A stretch of DNA of 64,000 nt from positions 288,001 to 352,000 of the forward strand of contig CAWDPO010000017.1 of the NCBI GenBank assembly GCA_963804165.1, given 5' to 3'. The notes beneath the pieces were generated by a model. The model ran no database searches and had not been told where the DNA came from. It saw only the letters and a list, made by a program, of their open reading frames with translations. The position numbers and the translations under genes were made by a program. This document shows, piece by piece, positions 41,262 to 49,601 of the stretch (its first letter is position 1; every line of letters starts with the position of its first letter). This stretch comes from an uncultured delta proteobacterium. GTDB taxonomy: Bacteria; Desulfobacterota; Binatia; UBA9968.

Positions 41262-42350
41262 TTATTCAAGAAGTTTTTTGACGCGTTTGAGGACGGCCGG
41301 GGGTTGATTCATAACTCTTTTCGCCAATGCCTGCAGCTGTTCGCCGGTGACCAGCTCGATGTCCATGCGCGCTTTCTTGGCCTCGGCCAAAAGCTCGAGA
41401 TTATTCATAGCTTTGACGTAGGCCTCGCGGAGTATATTCACCCGGTCCGCCGGCGTGCCCGGCGCCACGATCATGGGCCGGCCGAAGTCGCCGCCGCGCA
41501 AAATGACATCAGCGACCCGACGGCTCTCATCCGCAGTATTTTCCTTATCAAAAATCTCGTAAATCGTCGGCACCTCTCCGACGCGCGCATCGCGCTTCTC
41601 CGAGGTTTGCAGGATATGTTGATCGAAACCTTTCTTGTGCCAGGTATCGAAAGGCTCGCGGCCGAAGTGGGGGGCAATGGTCATGCCGCGGCACTGAACT
41701 TCGCCCTTTTCCACGGCGATATCGATTTCACTGCCGCCGGCGTATCCCAAGATCGTGTTGATCTTGATGCCCAGCGTGTCCTCGAGCACTCGCGCGATCA
41801 AGTAGTCGGCGCCGGCCGTACCGGTGGCGCCGCACTTGGGCGGCTCGGGCAGTTTCCTCATGTCCTGGACGGATTTGAACGGAGCATCGGCGCGCGCGTA
41901 GAGGATGATATCGCTTTTCTCCGGCGAGCCGATGAAGTAGCCCTTGGTGATATCGAAGCGGACTTCTTTGCGCCCGGCGATTTGATCGAGATAGACGCCG
42001 TAGTTGGGCATGACGAGGGTAAGTCCGTCGGGTTTGGCGACGCCGAAAACATGGTTCATCGCGATCATCGATCCCGCGCCCGCCATGTTCTGGACGATGA
42101 AGTTAGGATTTCCCGGAATGTAAAGAGGCATAAAGCGGCCGAGCAGGCGCGCCCAGCGATCATAAAAGCCGCCCGGAGTGAGACCGACGATGATGCGGAG
42201 GGTCTTGCCTTGGTAAAAATTCGCCTGCGCGAATGTTTGTTCAACGTTGAAAGGGTTCAAGAGTTCAAGGACAGAGAAGACTAAGACTCCGAACACCTTG
42301 AACATTTGAACTTTTGAATCTTTGAATCGATTTTTCGAGAAATTGTTCAT
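41262..42350 (-). CDS. tctC: TctC/Bug-family substrate-binding protein (array gene 3, palindromic leader)
   Basis: GGFYDRWAR subfamily; GAGGT RBS. Confidence 0.9.
   Translation of the reverse strand: MNNFSKNRFKDSKVQMFKVFGVLVFSVLELLNPFNVEQTFAQANFYQGKTLRIIVGLTPGGFYDRWARLLGRFMPLYIPGNPNFIVQNMAGAGSMIAMNHVFGVAKPDGLTLVMPNYGVYLDQIAGRKEVRFDITKGYFIGSPEKSDIILYARADAPFKSVQDMRKLPEPPKCGATGTAGADYLIARVLEDTLGIKINTILGYAGGSEIDIAVEKGEVQCRGMTIAPHFGREPFDTWHKKGFDQHILQTSEKRDARVGEVPTIYEIFDKENTADESRRVADVILRGGDFGRPMIVAPGTPADRVNILREAYVKAMNNLELLAEAKKARMDIELVTGEQLQALAKRVMNQPPAVLKRVKKLLE
42239..42327. repeat. 89-bp GTTCAA/TTGAAC palindromic leader element (three units with single mismatches)
   Basis: gttcaa/gttgaa/gttcaa/gttcaa, 29 nt, ttgaac/ttgaac/ttgaat/ttgaat. 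Confidence 0.88.
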
Positions 42351-42358
42351 AACTTACC

Positions 42359-43450
42359 TCACTCCACCAAGACTTTTTTCACCCGCTCGACGACATCGCG
42401 CGGCTGATTCATCAGCTCTTTCATTAACCCTTGGAGTTCTTCGCCCGGGGTATGTTCCATGTCCATTTGACCCTTTTTTGCTTCTTCAATCAGGCCCGGG
42501 TCGCGCATCGCCTTGGCGTAGGCATCGCGCAACAACTTGACTCGATCCGGTGGGTTTCCGGGTCCGGCGACCATCGGCCGGCCAAATTCCCCGCTCGCCA
42601 TAATAATCCGCGCCACGCCGCGCATCACTTCGGGAGATTTGTATTGATCCATCAGCTCGAACAGCGTCGGCGCATCGCCCATGCGCGGATCACGCTTGGG
42701 TCCGCCTTGAAGAATATGGCGGTCGAAGCCTTTCTTGTGCCAACTGTCGAACGGCTCCCGGCCAAAATGCGGCGGGATGTCCATGCCGCGGCAAATGATC
42801 TCGCCGCGCTCGACGGCGACATCGATTTCAGAGCCGCCTTGATATCCGCTCACGGTGTTGAGTTTCGCCTTGAAAGCCTCGTCCATGATTTTGGCGAGCA
42901 AGTAACCGGTGCTCGCGGTGCCCGTCGAGCCGCACTTCGGCGGTTCTTTCGCTTGAATAATATCGCTGACGTTCTTGAACGGACTATCGGCGCGAAAATA
43001 AAGCATGGTCGGCGCTTTTTCCTGGGTGCCGATAAATTCAAATTTGCGCATGTCGAACTTGACTTCCCTGCGCCCGACGATTTGATCTAAATAGAGACTG
43101 TTGATCGGCACGAGCAGCGTCAGCCCATCTGCCTTAGCCAGATTGTAGACGTAGTTGGCGGCGATCACCGAGCTGGCGCCGGGCATATTTTGCACGACGA
43201 AATTGGGATTGCCGGGAATGTGTTTCGGCATGTAGCGCGACAGCAAGCGCGCCCAACGGTCGTAAAAGCCGCCGGGGGTGAAGCCGACGATGATGCGAAC
43301 GGTCTTGCCTTGGTAAAAATTCGCTTGCGCGAATGTTTGTTCAACGTTCAAAGGGTTCAAGAGTTCAAGGACAGAGAAAATTAGGACTCCGACAACCTTG
43401 AACGTTTGAACTTTTGAACCTTTGAACCGATTTTTCGAGAGATTGTTCAT
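42359..43450 (-). CDS. tctC: TctC/Bug-family substrate-binding protein (array gene 2, palindromic leader)
   Basis: GGFYDRWAR subfamily; GAGGT RBS. Confidence 0.9.
   Translation of the reverse strand: MNNLSKNRFKGSKVQTFKVVGVLIFSVLELLNPLNVEQTFAQANFYQGKTVRIIVGFTPGGFYDRWARLLSRYMPKHIPGNPNFVVQNMPGASSVIAANYVYNLAKADGLTLLVPINSLYLDQIVGRREVKFDMRKFEFIGTQEKAPTMLYFRADSPFKNVSDIIQAKEPPKCGSTGTASTGYLLAKIMDEAFKAKLNTVSGYQGGSEIDVAVERGEIICRGMDIPPHFGREPFDSWHKKGFDRHILQGGPKRDPRMGDAPTLFELMDQYKSPEVMRGVARIIMASGEFGRPMVAGPGNPPDRVKLLRDAYAKAMRDPGLIEEAKKGQMDMEHTPGEELQGLMKELMNQPRDVVERVKKVLVE
43339..43427. repeat. 89-bp GTTCAA/TTGAAC palindromic leader element
   Basis: 4x gttcaa, 29 nt, 4x ttgaac. Confidence 0.92.
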
Positions 43451-43458
43451 GACTTACC

Positions 43459-44526
43459 TCAGTCGGCAAGAATTTTTTTGACGAGATCGACGACCTCGCG
43501 CGGCTGGTTCAAAAGCCCTTTCATCTGCGCTTGGAGCTCTTCGCCGGGGGTGTGGACCAGGTCCATCTGGCCTTTTTTCGCCTCGTCGATCAAGCCTGGG
43601 TCGCGCATCGCTTTCCCGTAGGCATCGCGCAGCGCTTTGATTCGATCCGGCGGCACTCCCGGCCCAGCCATCATCGGACGGCCAAACTCGCCGCTGGCTA
43701 GCACGATACGGGTAAGATCGCGCATGACCGCGGGTGATTTGTACTGGTCCAATAATTCGAAAAGCGTTGGGACCTCCGCCAGGCGCGGATCACGCTTCGG
43801 TCCGCCTTGGAAAATATGCCGGTCAAAGCCTTTTTTATGCCAGCCGTCGAAGGGCTCGCGGCCAAAGTGCGGCGGCACATCCATCTCGCGGCATACCAGT
43901 TCGCCGCGCTCGACGGCGAGGTCGATCTCGCTGCCGCCCGGGTATCCGGTCACGCTGATGGTCTTTGCATTGAATGCCTCGATCAAAAGCTTCGAGACGA
44001 TATACGCGGTACTCGCGGTGCCCGTGGAACCGCATTTCGGCGGCTCTTTCGCCTGAATGATATCGCCGAGAGACTTGATCGGACTGTCGGCGCGAAAATA
44101 CATCATGGTCGGCGTCTTTTCCTGACTGCCGATATACTCAAACTTGCGCATGTCGTACTTCACTTCGCGCCGGCCGACGATCTGATCGAGGTGCAAGCTG
44201 TTGATGGGCATGAGCAGCGTCAGGCCGTCACTCTTGGCGACGTTGTAAACGTAGTTGGTGGCAACGACCGAGCTCGCGCCGGGCATGTTCTGGACGACGA
44301 AACTGGGATTGCCCGGAACATATTGCGGAATGTAACGGGAAAGCAGCCGAGCCCAGCGATCGTAAAAGCCGCCGGGCGTGGTGCCGACGATGATACGCAC
44401 CGTCTTGCCGCTGTAAAACGGCTCGACCTGAGCATGACCGCTTCGGCTAAGGCTGAGCGCGATTACTACGCAAGCGACTGCGAATCCGAGAGAGCCGCTT
44501 AACCTTGCGAGGTTTCGTGCCTTCAT
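43459..44526 (-). CDS. tctC: TctC/Bug-family substrate-binding protein (array gene 1, no palindromic leader)
   Basis: Start MKARNL at 44526 after AGGAGG; Bug motifs. Confidence 0.9.
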   Translation of the reverse strand: MKARNLARLSGSLGFAVACVVIALSLSRSGHAQVEPFYSGKTVRIIVGTTPGGFYDRWARLLSRYIPQYVPGNPSFVVQNMPGASSVVATNYVYNVAKSDGLTLLMPINSLHLDQIVGRREVKYDMRKFEYIGSQEKTPTMMYFRADSPIKSLGDIIQAKEPPKCGSTGTASTAYIVSKLLIEAFNAKTISVTGYPGGSEIDLAVERGELVCREMDVPPHFGREPFDGWHKKGFDRHIFQGGPKRDPRLAEVPTLFELLDQYKSPAVMRDLTRIVLASGEFGRPMMAGPGVPPDRIKALRDAYGKAMRDPGLIDEAKKGQMDLVHTPGEELQAQMKGLLNQPREVVDLVKKILAD

Positions 44527-44659
44527 CGCAGGCCCCTCCTTGAGACCGATTGTCAGACTACGGGTTCGACAGTCTAGATCCTTTCCCGCAGACGAATGGG
44601 CGATTCGGCCGAGATACTGGGCAGTGGCTAATTTTTGCGGTGGGCCGAAAGGAAACGAA

Positions 44660-45190
44660 CTATGCGCCCAAACCAAGCCACGTAATGATCAATCCTTCCG
44701 GGAACGGTAGGGTCAGCAACTTGACAAATAGACCATAAAAAAAGAGCCACGCGATGACGGTCAGCGTGATCGATAAGACCCACGGCTCGCCGCCCTGGAA
44801 CCTGAAGTAGGCGAACATCATTAGTGGGATTGCGATGGGAAAGCCCAACAGCCAAATCGAAAAAAAGAAACCTAACAGCCATGAAAACATGATGATTGCT
44901 CTTTTCTTGGCGGTTACCGGGTCAACGTCCTTGGTAAACTGAAAATCCATCGGAGTTGGAGGAGCTCCGTCGTCCGACTGTTTGGCCTTGACGCCTTTCA
45001 AGTCCAGGATGACTTGAATCCCTGCGAAAATCACCATCGGAATACCGATGACCCAGGGATAGAGTCGCGCCTGGGGACGCCATTCGTAAGCCATATAAAC
45101 AAACACGCAAAAAAATATGAAAGCACAAAAGCTAAATATAGCCGCGGGTCTGATCTTCAACGCAAACTCCTTCCGAAATAATTCTGACAA
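44660..45190 (-). CDS. tctB: Tripartite tricarboxylate transporter small subunit TctB
   Basis: About four TM helices, ARLYP, LLGF and F..LL.LPFPEG signature; operon context. Confidence 0.85.
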   Translation of the reverse strand: MSELFRKEFALKIRPAAIFSFCAFIFFCVFVYMAYEWRPQARLYPWVIGIPMVIFAGIQVILDLKGVKAKQSDDGAPPTPMDFQFTKDVDPVTAKKRAIIMFSWLLGFFFSIWLLGFPIAIPLMMFAYFRFQGGEPWVLSITLTVIAWLFFYGLFVKLLTLPFPEGLIITWLGLGA

Positions 45191-45466
45191 TGTGAAACGG
45201 CCAAGCCCTTTGGCGCAGCGGAATCTAACAGAGTTCTCGACCTTCGTCCATCGCTGCTGGTCATCGTAAACGCATTAAAATTACGCGGCCTATCCCTGCT
45301 ACAATCCCGACTTGCGCCTCTCGCTTAGCACAGAGACGAGCGATGGGTCAATGACCGGTTGCTCTTTCGTTGACGACGCGAGGTATGATAAATGGACTTG
45401 AATTACCCGTGAAATATTGACCCGCGATCGACGAGTTGCATCGCGCACAAAAGGAACTACTCGACC

Positions 45467-46663
45467 ATGGAGTTTCGCCTTTCCCCGGAAGAAGAAAATC
45501 TCCGCAAGTCCGTCCAGGAATTTGTCCGTGATGAGCTTATTCCCTTGGAGCCGGAATTTGCCAATGCTCCGGACATTTTTGAAGGCAGCCGCTGGAAAAG
45601 CCGGGTCAAATCGAGTCAGGATCCCGAAATCCAGCGCTATGTCGGGATCATGGAAGGACTCGAGAAAAACGCCGAAGCCAAAGGACTGTGGCATCTCGAC
45701 GTGTCGAAGGCGTACGGCGGCATGGAGGTGAGCAACGTCGCGCTGATCGCTGTCACCGAGGAGCTCGAGAAAAGCTCGATTCCCTTCGAACTCGGCAATC
45801 ATGTCTCGAATATCCTTTATAGCTGCAAAGGCGATCAAATCGACAAATATTTATGGCCGTGCATTCGCGGCGAGAAGACGTCGGCCTTCGGTTTGAGCGA
45901 GCCCGCCTCCGGGGCGGACCCGTCGATGATGCAAACCACGGCGACGCCCGACGGCGATTATTTCATGATTAACGGCACGAAGATGTTTCCGACATTCGCC
46001 GATGTCGCCGACTTCGTGCAGCTCTTCGCGCGCCTGCCGGGAACCACAGGACGCGAGGGCGTCACCTGTTTTCTGATCGATACCGGCACGCCGGGCTACC
46101 GAGTAGTGCGCAGTATCGCGACGATCGGCGGCACGGAGCCTTGCGAGCTAGTGTTCGAAGATTGCCGGGTTCACAAATCGCAGGTATTGGGCGAAGCCGG
46201 CAACGGCTGGGCGCTTAACCAAGCCTGGCTTGGAGCGAGACGATTTCAGGTCGGCATCCGCGCCCACGGCAAGTCTCAGCGCGTGCTGCGCGTCGTGCGT
46301 GAATTGTTACGGCATGAGCCGAAAGACGCCGATCAATATGCCGCTAGAGTCGGCTACTTTCTCGGCGAGATCGAGGCGCTGCGGACGCTGACCTATCTCG
46401 GCGCGTGGAAGGCCGATCAAAAAATGGATGTCCGCTCCGAAGCGGCTAATGTGAAACTTTTTGCCACGGAGCTCTTGCATCGGGTCACGGACTTCGCCCT
46501 CGAAGTCGCCGGACCGCCGGGTCTGCGCAAGAACCACGTGCTCGCGCAAACGTTTCGTCATGCGCGGGCGACGAGAATCGTCGAAGGCCCGTCGGAAATC
46601 CAACGACATATCATCCAGCGCGCGTTGTTTCGCGAAGGGATCGCTTCATTGGAATTGCTGTAG
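45467..46663 (+). CDS. Acyl-CoA dehydrogenase
   Basis: FGLSEPASGAD, INGTKMF and RIVEGPSEIQR motifs. Confidence 0.92.
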   Translation: MEFRLSPEEENLRKSVQEFVRDELIPLEPEFANAPDIFEGSRWKSRVKSSQDPEIQRYVGIMEGLEKNAEAKGLWHLDVSKAYGGMEVSNVALIAVTEELEKSSIPFELGNHVSNILYSCKGDQIDKYLWPCIRGEKTSAFGLSEPASGADPSMMQTTATPDGDYFMINGTKMFPTFADVADFVQLFARLPGTTGREGVTCFLIDTGTPGYRVVRSIATIGGTEPCELVFEDCRVHKSQVLGEAGNGWALNQAWLGARRFQVGIRAHGKSQRVLRVVRELLRHEPKDADQYAARVGYFLGEIEALRTLTYLGAWKADQKMDVRSEAANVKLFATELLHRVTDFALEVAGPPGLRKNHVLAQTFRHARATRIVEGPSEIQRHIIQRALFREGIASLELL

Positions 46664-46687
46664 GGACGCAGCATGCTGCGCCCCTAC
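46660..46687. repeat. GTAG-type REP palindrome overlapping the stop codon
   Basis: gtagggacgcagcatgctgcgcccctac; one mismatch to the 47848 copy. Confidence 0.85.
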
Positions 46688-46723
46688 AAAAAAGGGTCGA
46701 TGGCGAATCGTTAGCGATAATTT

Positions 46724-47845
46724 ATGGATCTCAAACTCACAGAAGAAGAAAAGCTGATTAAGGACACGGCGGCGAGGTTCGTGGACACGGAGTTGATCGC
46801 GCGGGAAGGAGCCTACTTGAAACAGCCCGCGCCGTTTTTGCCGCCGGGCGCACCGGCAAAGCGTGAGCTCAGTCCTGATCTACGCGACGAACTGACCGCG
46901 CGGGCGAAGCAGATCGGTCTCTGGACGCTGGAGCTGCCGGAAGTTTTTGGCGGCACATCGATGAGCGCCGTCGCTCGGGTGTTGATTCATCGCGAGTTCG
47001 GTCGCTCCGTGTTGCCGTTTCGACCGATAACGATTCCTGGATTCATGTTCGAAACCAGCTACGGTGAAGGCCTCGCCCAGGGCACGGTTTCCATGGCGCT
47101 GGGTTTTGAAGAAGCGCATAAGACCGGCGAACTGAGCCGGCTGCAAGTGCTTTACCGCCAGGAGCCCGACGGCTCGATCTTGCGCGATTCGTCAATCTAT
47201 ATTGCCAATTCCCACGTCGATCTGTTCCTGTTTCCCGCGCGGGAGCAGGGGACGCAGCGCTTGGGACTTTTTGTCATTGAACGCGACATGCCTGGGATTA
47301 CCCTTACGGATCAAGTCGACTTGACCACGGATGCGGCGGTGTCGCGGCTGGTGCTCGCGCACTGTAAAATTCCCAACGAGCAACTCCTCGGATACGAATA
47401 CGAGGCGGGGGAGATCATTGCCGGCGAACAATTGAGCATTGCCGCGCGTGCATTGGGCATCGCGACACGCTGCCTGGCGAGCTCCATTGAGCACGCGCGC
47501 AACCGCGTCACGTTCGGCCGCCGGCTGGCCGAGCGCCAGGCCATCCAATGGATGCTCGCGGACTTGTCGATCGAGATCAGAACATGCACTTGGCTCACGC
47601 TCGAAGCCGCATGGCGCTGTGATCAGGAACTGACTTATTTCGAAGAAGCCGCGTTGGCGAAAAAACGCGCGGCAAAGATGGCTTTTCAAGCCGCCGATAC
47701 CGCGATCCAGATCCACGGCGGGTATGGCGTGTGCAGAGATTTACCGTTCGAAGGCTTTTATCGCGAGGCGCGCCTCATGCGCTTGTTGTACGGGCGGGAA
47801 GAAGAGTTGGATCGAGCGGCGGGAGAGAAATTTTTGAGGCAATAG
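46724..47845 (+). CDS. Acyl-CoA dehydrogenase-like protein (degenerate N-terminal half; possible partner subunit)
   Basis: R.TFGRRLAERQAIQW.LAD and AIQIHGGYG present; lacks SEP/GSD and EG.SEIQ motifs. Confidence 0.85.
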   Translation: MDLKLTEEEKLIKDTAARFVDTELIAREGAYLKQPAPFLPPGAPAKRELSPDLRDELTARAKQIGLWTLELPEVFGGTSMSAVARVLIHREFGRSVLPFRPITIPGFMFETSYGEGLAQGTVSMALGFEEAHKTGELSRLQVLYRQEPDGSILRDSSIYIANSHVDLFLFPAREQGTQRLGLFVIERDMPGITLTDQVDLTTDAAVSRLVLAHCKIPNEQLLGYEYEAGEIIAGEQLSIAARALGIATRCLASSIEHARNRVTFGRRLAERQAIQWMLADLSIEIRTCTWLTLEAAWRCDQELTYFEEAALAKKRAAKMAFQAADTAIQIHGGYGVCRDLPFEGFYREARLMRLLYGREEELDRAAGEKFLRQ

Positions 47846-47847
47846 GT

Positions 47848-47875
47848 GTAGGGGCGCAGCATGCTGCGCCCCTAC
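47848..47875. repeat. GTAG-type REP, perfect 28-bp palindrome
   Basis: GTAGGGGCGCAGCA|TGCTGCGCCCCTAC. Confidence 0.88.
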
Positions 47876-47921
47876 AACGACAATTTGTCGCCTATTGCTT
47901 GCGACTGAAAGGGGGGCTGCA

Positions 47922-49073
47922 ATGCGCAGGAAAAAAGTTTGTTTCGTGGGTTACGGTTCGACGGAATATTCGCGAAAGTCCGAAGCGTCGGCGCTTTCTT
48001 ACTATGCTGATGCAATCCGCGACGCGCTCAGGCAGACGGGGCTCGACAAAAAAGAAATTCGCGGATTCTCGATTACCACACAAGCGAGTCCCGATTACTC
48101 GCCGCACGTGGCGGAGCAGTTGGGTTTGGAAGTCGATTGGGTATTGAACGGCGACTACGGCGGCGCCGGCGGCGTGATGAGCGTCAGACGAGCGGCGGAC
48201 GCGATCGAATGCGGTCACCTCGATTTGGCGGTCCTAGTCGGCGGCAATTCCTTCGATCGCAGCACGCCGACGCAACGCCAGCTGGAGTATCAGCGCGGCA
48301 ACTTCGTCGACGTCTTTGGCTACGGCGGGCCGAATTCGCTGATGGCGCTGATTCAAAGACTGCACATGGCGCAGTATGAAACGACCCTCGAGCAGATCGG
48401 CAAGATCGCCATTGCCCAACGCTTCAACGCCATCAATAATCCACAAGCGCTGTTTCGTGAGCCGATGTCGATGGATGATTACCTCAACTCGCGGATGATT
48501 TCCGATCCGATTCGCCTGTTCGATTGCGTGATGCCGTGCTCCGGCGCGGAGTGCGTGCTTCTGGCCTCGGAAGAGAAGGCAAAGAAGATTACCGACAAGC
48601 TGGTGTATTTGGTGACGGACGCCGAGATCTCGCACTATCAGGTGGCGAACATGCTGCCCGACAAAACGACCTTCGGCCAGAAAGTCGTCGGCGAAAGAAT
48701 TTTCTCGGAGGTCAAGCGCGAAGACATCGATTTGCTGGAAATCTACGACGACTACCCGATCGCGGTGATGATTCAGATCGAGGACTTAGGCTTTTGCAAA
48801 AAAGGCGACGGCGGCAAATTTGTCGACGCCCATGATCTCACCTACAAAGGCGATTTTCCCGTGAACACGGGCGGCGGCGAATTGTCCGTCGGCCAAGCTG
48901 GACTTGCCGGAGGATTTCTCCATATCGTCGAGGCCCTGCGGCAGCTCCGCGGTGAAGCGGAAGGACATCAAGTGCGAAAAGCCGAGCGCGCTTTGGTCAC
49001 CGGGATCGGTTGGCTCAACTACGGGCGCAATCTCGGCACGACCGCCGCGCTGGTCATGGAAAGGAGAAAATGA
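47922..49073 (+). CDS. SCP-x/Ltp-type thiolase-family protein
   Basis: A.NNPQA, DYLNSRMISDP..LFDC, EIYDDY, VNTGGGELS and EA.RQLRG..HQV motifs. Confidence 0.88.
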   Translation: MRRKKVCFVGYGSTEYSRKSEASALSYYADAIRDALRQTGLDKKEIRGFSITTQASPDYSPHVAEQLGLEVDWVLNGDYGGAGGVMSVRRAADAIECGHLDLAVLVGGNSFDRSTPTQRQLEYQRGNFVDVFGYGGPNSLMALIQRLHMAQYETTLEQIGKIAIAQRFNAINNPQALFREPMSMDDYLNSRMISDPIRLFDCVMPCSGAECVLLASEEKAKKITDKLVYLVTDAEISHYQVANMLPDKTTFGQKVVGERIFSEVKREDIDLLEIYDDYPIAVMIQIEDLGFCKKGDGGKFVDAHDLTYKGDFPVNTGGGELSVGQAGLAGGFLHIVEALRQLRGEAEGHQVRKAERALVTGIGWLNYGRNLGTTAALVMERRK

Positions 49074-49489
49074 TGGCCGAAGCAAGAGCACCGCAAAAAA
49101 GTTTGCCCAAGGTAAACAAAGTCGATCAACCGTTTTGGGAGGGCGCGGCCGGCGGGAAATTCTTGCTGCAGAAATGCAAAAGCTGCGGCAAAGTGCAATT
49201 CTTTCCGCGCGTCGCCTGCGTCGACTGTTTCGGCGAGCTCGATTGGATCGAGTCCAAAGGCACCGGCAAGGTTCACACCTTTACTCTGGTCCGCGTTCCG
49301 CGCAATCCGGCATTCAAAGACGAAACGCCGATTTACTATATCAATGTGATTTTGGACGAAGGCGTGATCATGGAGAGCAGGTTGGTGGGGGACAGCAGAG
49401 AAAAAGTAAAGATGGGCGACCGCGTCAAAGTGGTTTTTCAAGAGACGCACGATCCGGGGATCAAACTGCCGTGCTTCGAGTTGGCCTAA
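49070..49489 (+). CDS. DUF35 Zn-ribbon/OB-fold protein
   Basis: PFWEG, CKSC...FPR..CVDC, G.V.TFT; overlaps the thiolase stop (ATGA). Confidence 0.9.
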   Translation: MMAEARAPQKSLPKVNKVDQPFWEGAAGGKFLLQKCKSCGKVQFFPRVACVDCFGELDWIESKGTGKVHTFTLVRVPRNPAFKDETPIYYINVILDEGVIMESRLVGDSREKVKMGDRVKVVFQETHDPGIKLPCFELA

Positions 49490-49492
49490 GAC

Positions 49493-49601
49493 ATTTTGGA
49501 TTTGAGATTTTGGATTGAAGACAGGAGAATACGATGATGTCAATGCGCGCAATGAATTTCTTGTCCGATAATCCAAAATCTAAAATCCAAAATCCAAAAT
49601 C
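49493..49601. repeat. Heptamer-period inverted repeat (GATTTTG)n ... (CAAAATC)n
   Basis: Left arm ttttggatttgagattttggattg; right arm aatccaaaatctaaaatccaaaatccaaaatc lies inside the downstream reading frame. Confidence 0.8.

Noticed and set aside
28878-43427. CRISPR array interpretation of GTTCAA...TTGAAC units with constant 29-nt spacers
   Set aside because: Arms are inverted rather than direct, copies are ~1.1 kb or more apart inside genes, spacers are homologous to each other, and no cas genes are present.
28183-44502. Long plus-strand ORFs (28183-29427, 33537-34523, 40217-41176, 41202-42284 and others)
   Set aside because: Antisense shadows of GC-rich tctC genes with no recognisable motifs.
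26280-45190. Diversity-generating retroelement or integron explanation for the tctC array
   Set aside because: No reverse transcriptase, integrase, template/variable repeat pair or attC-like sites were found in the window.
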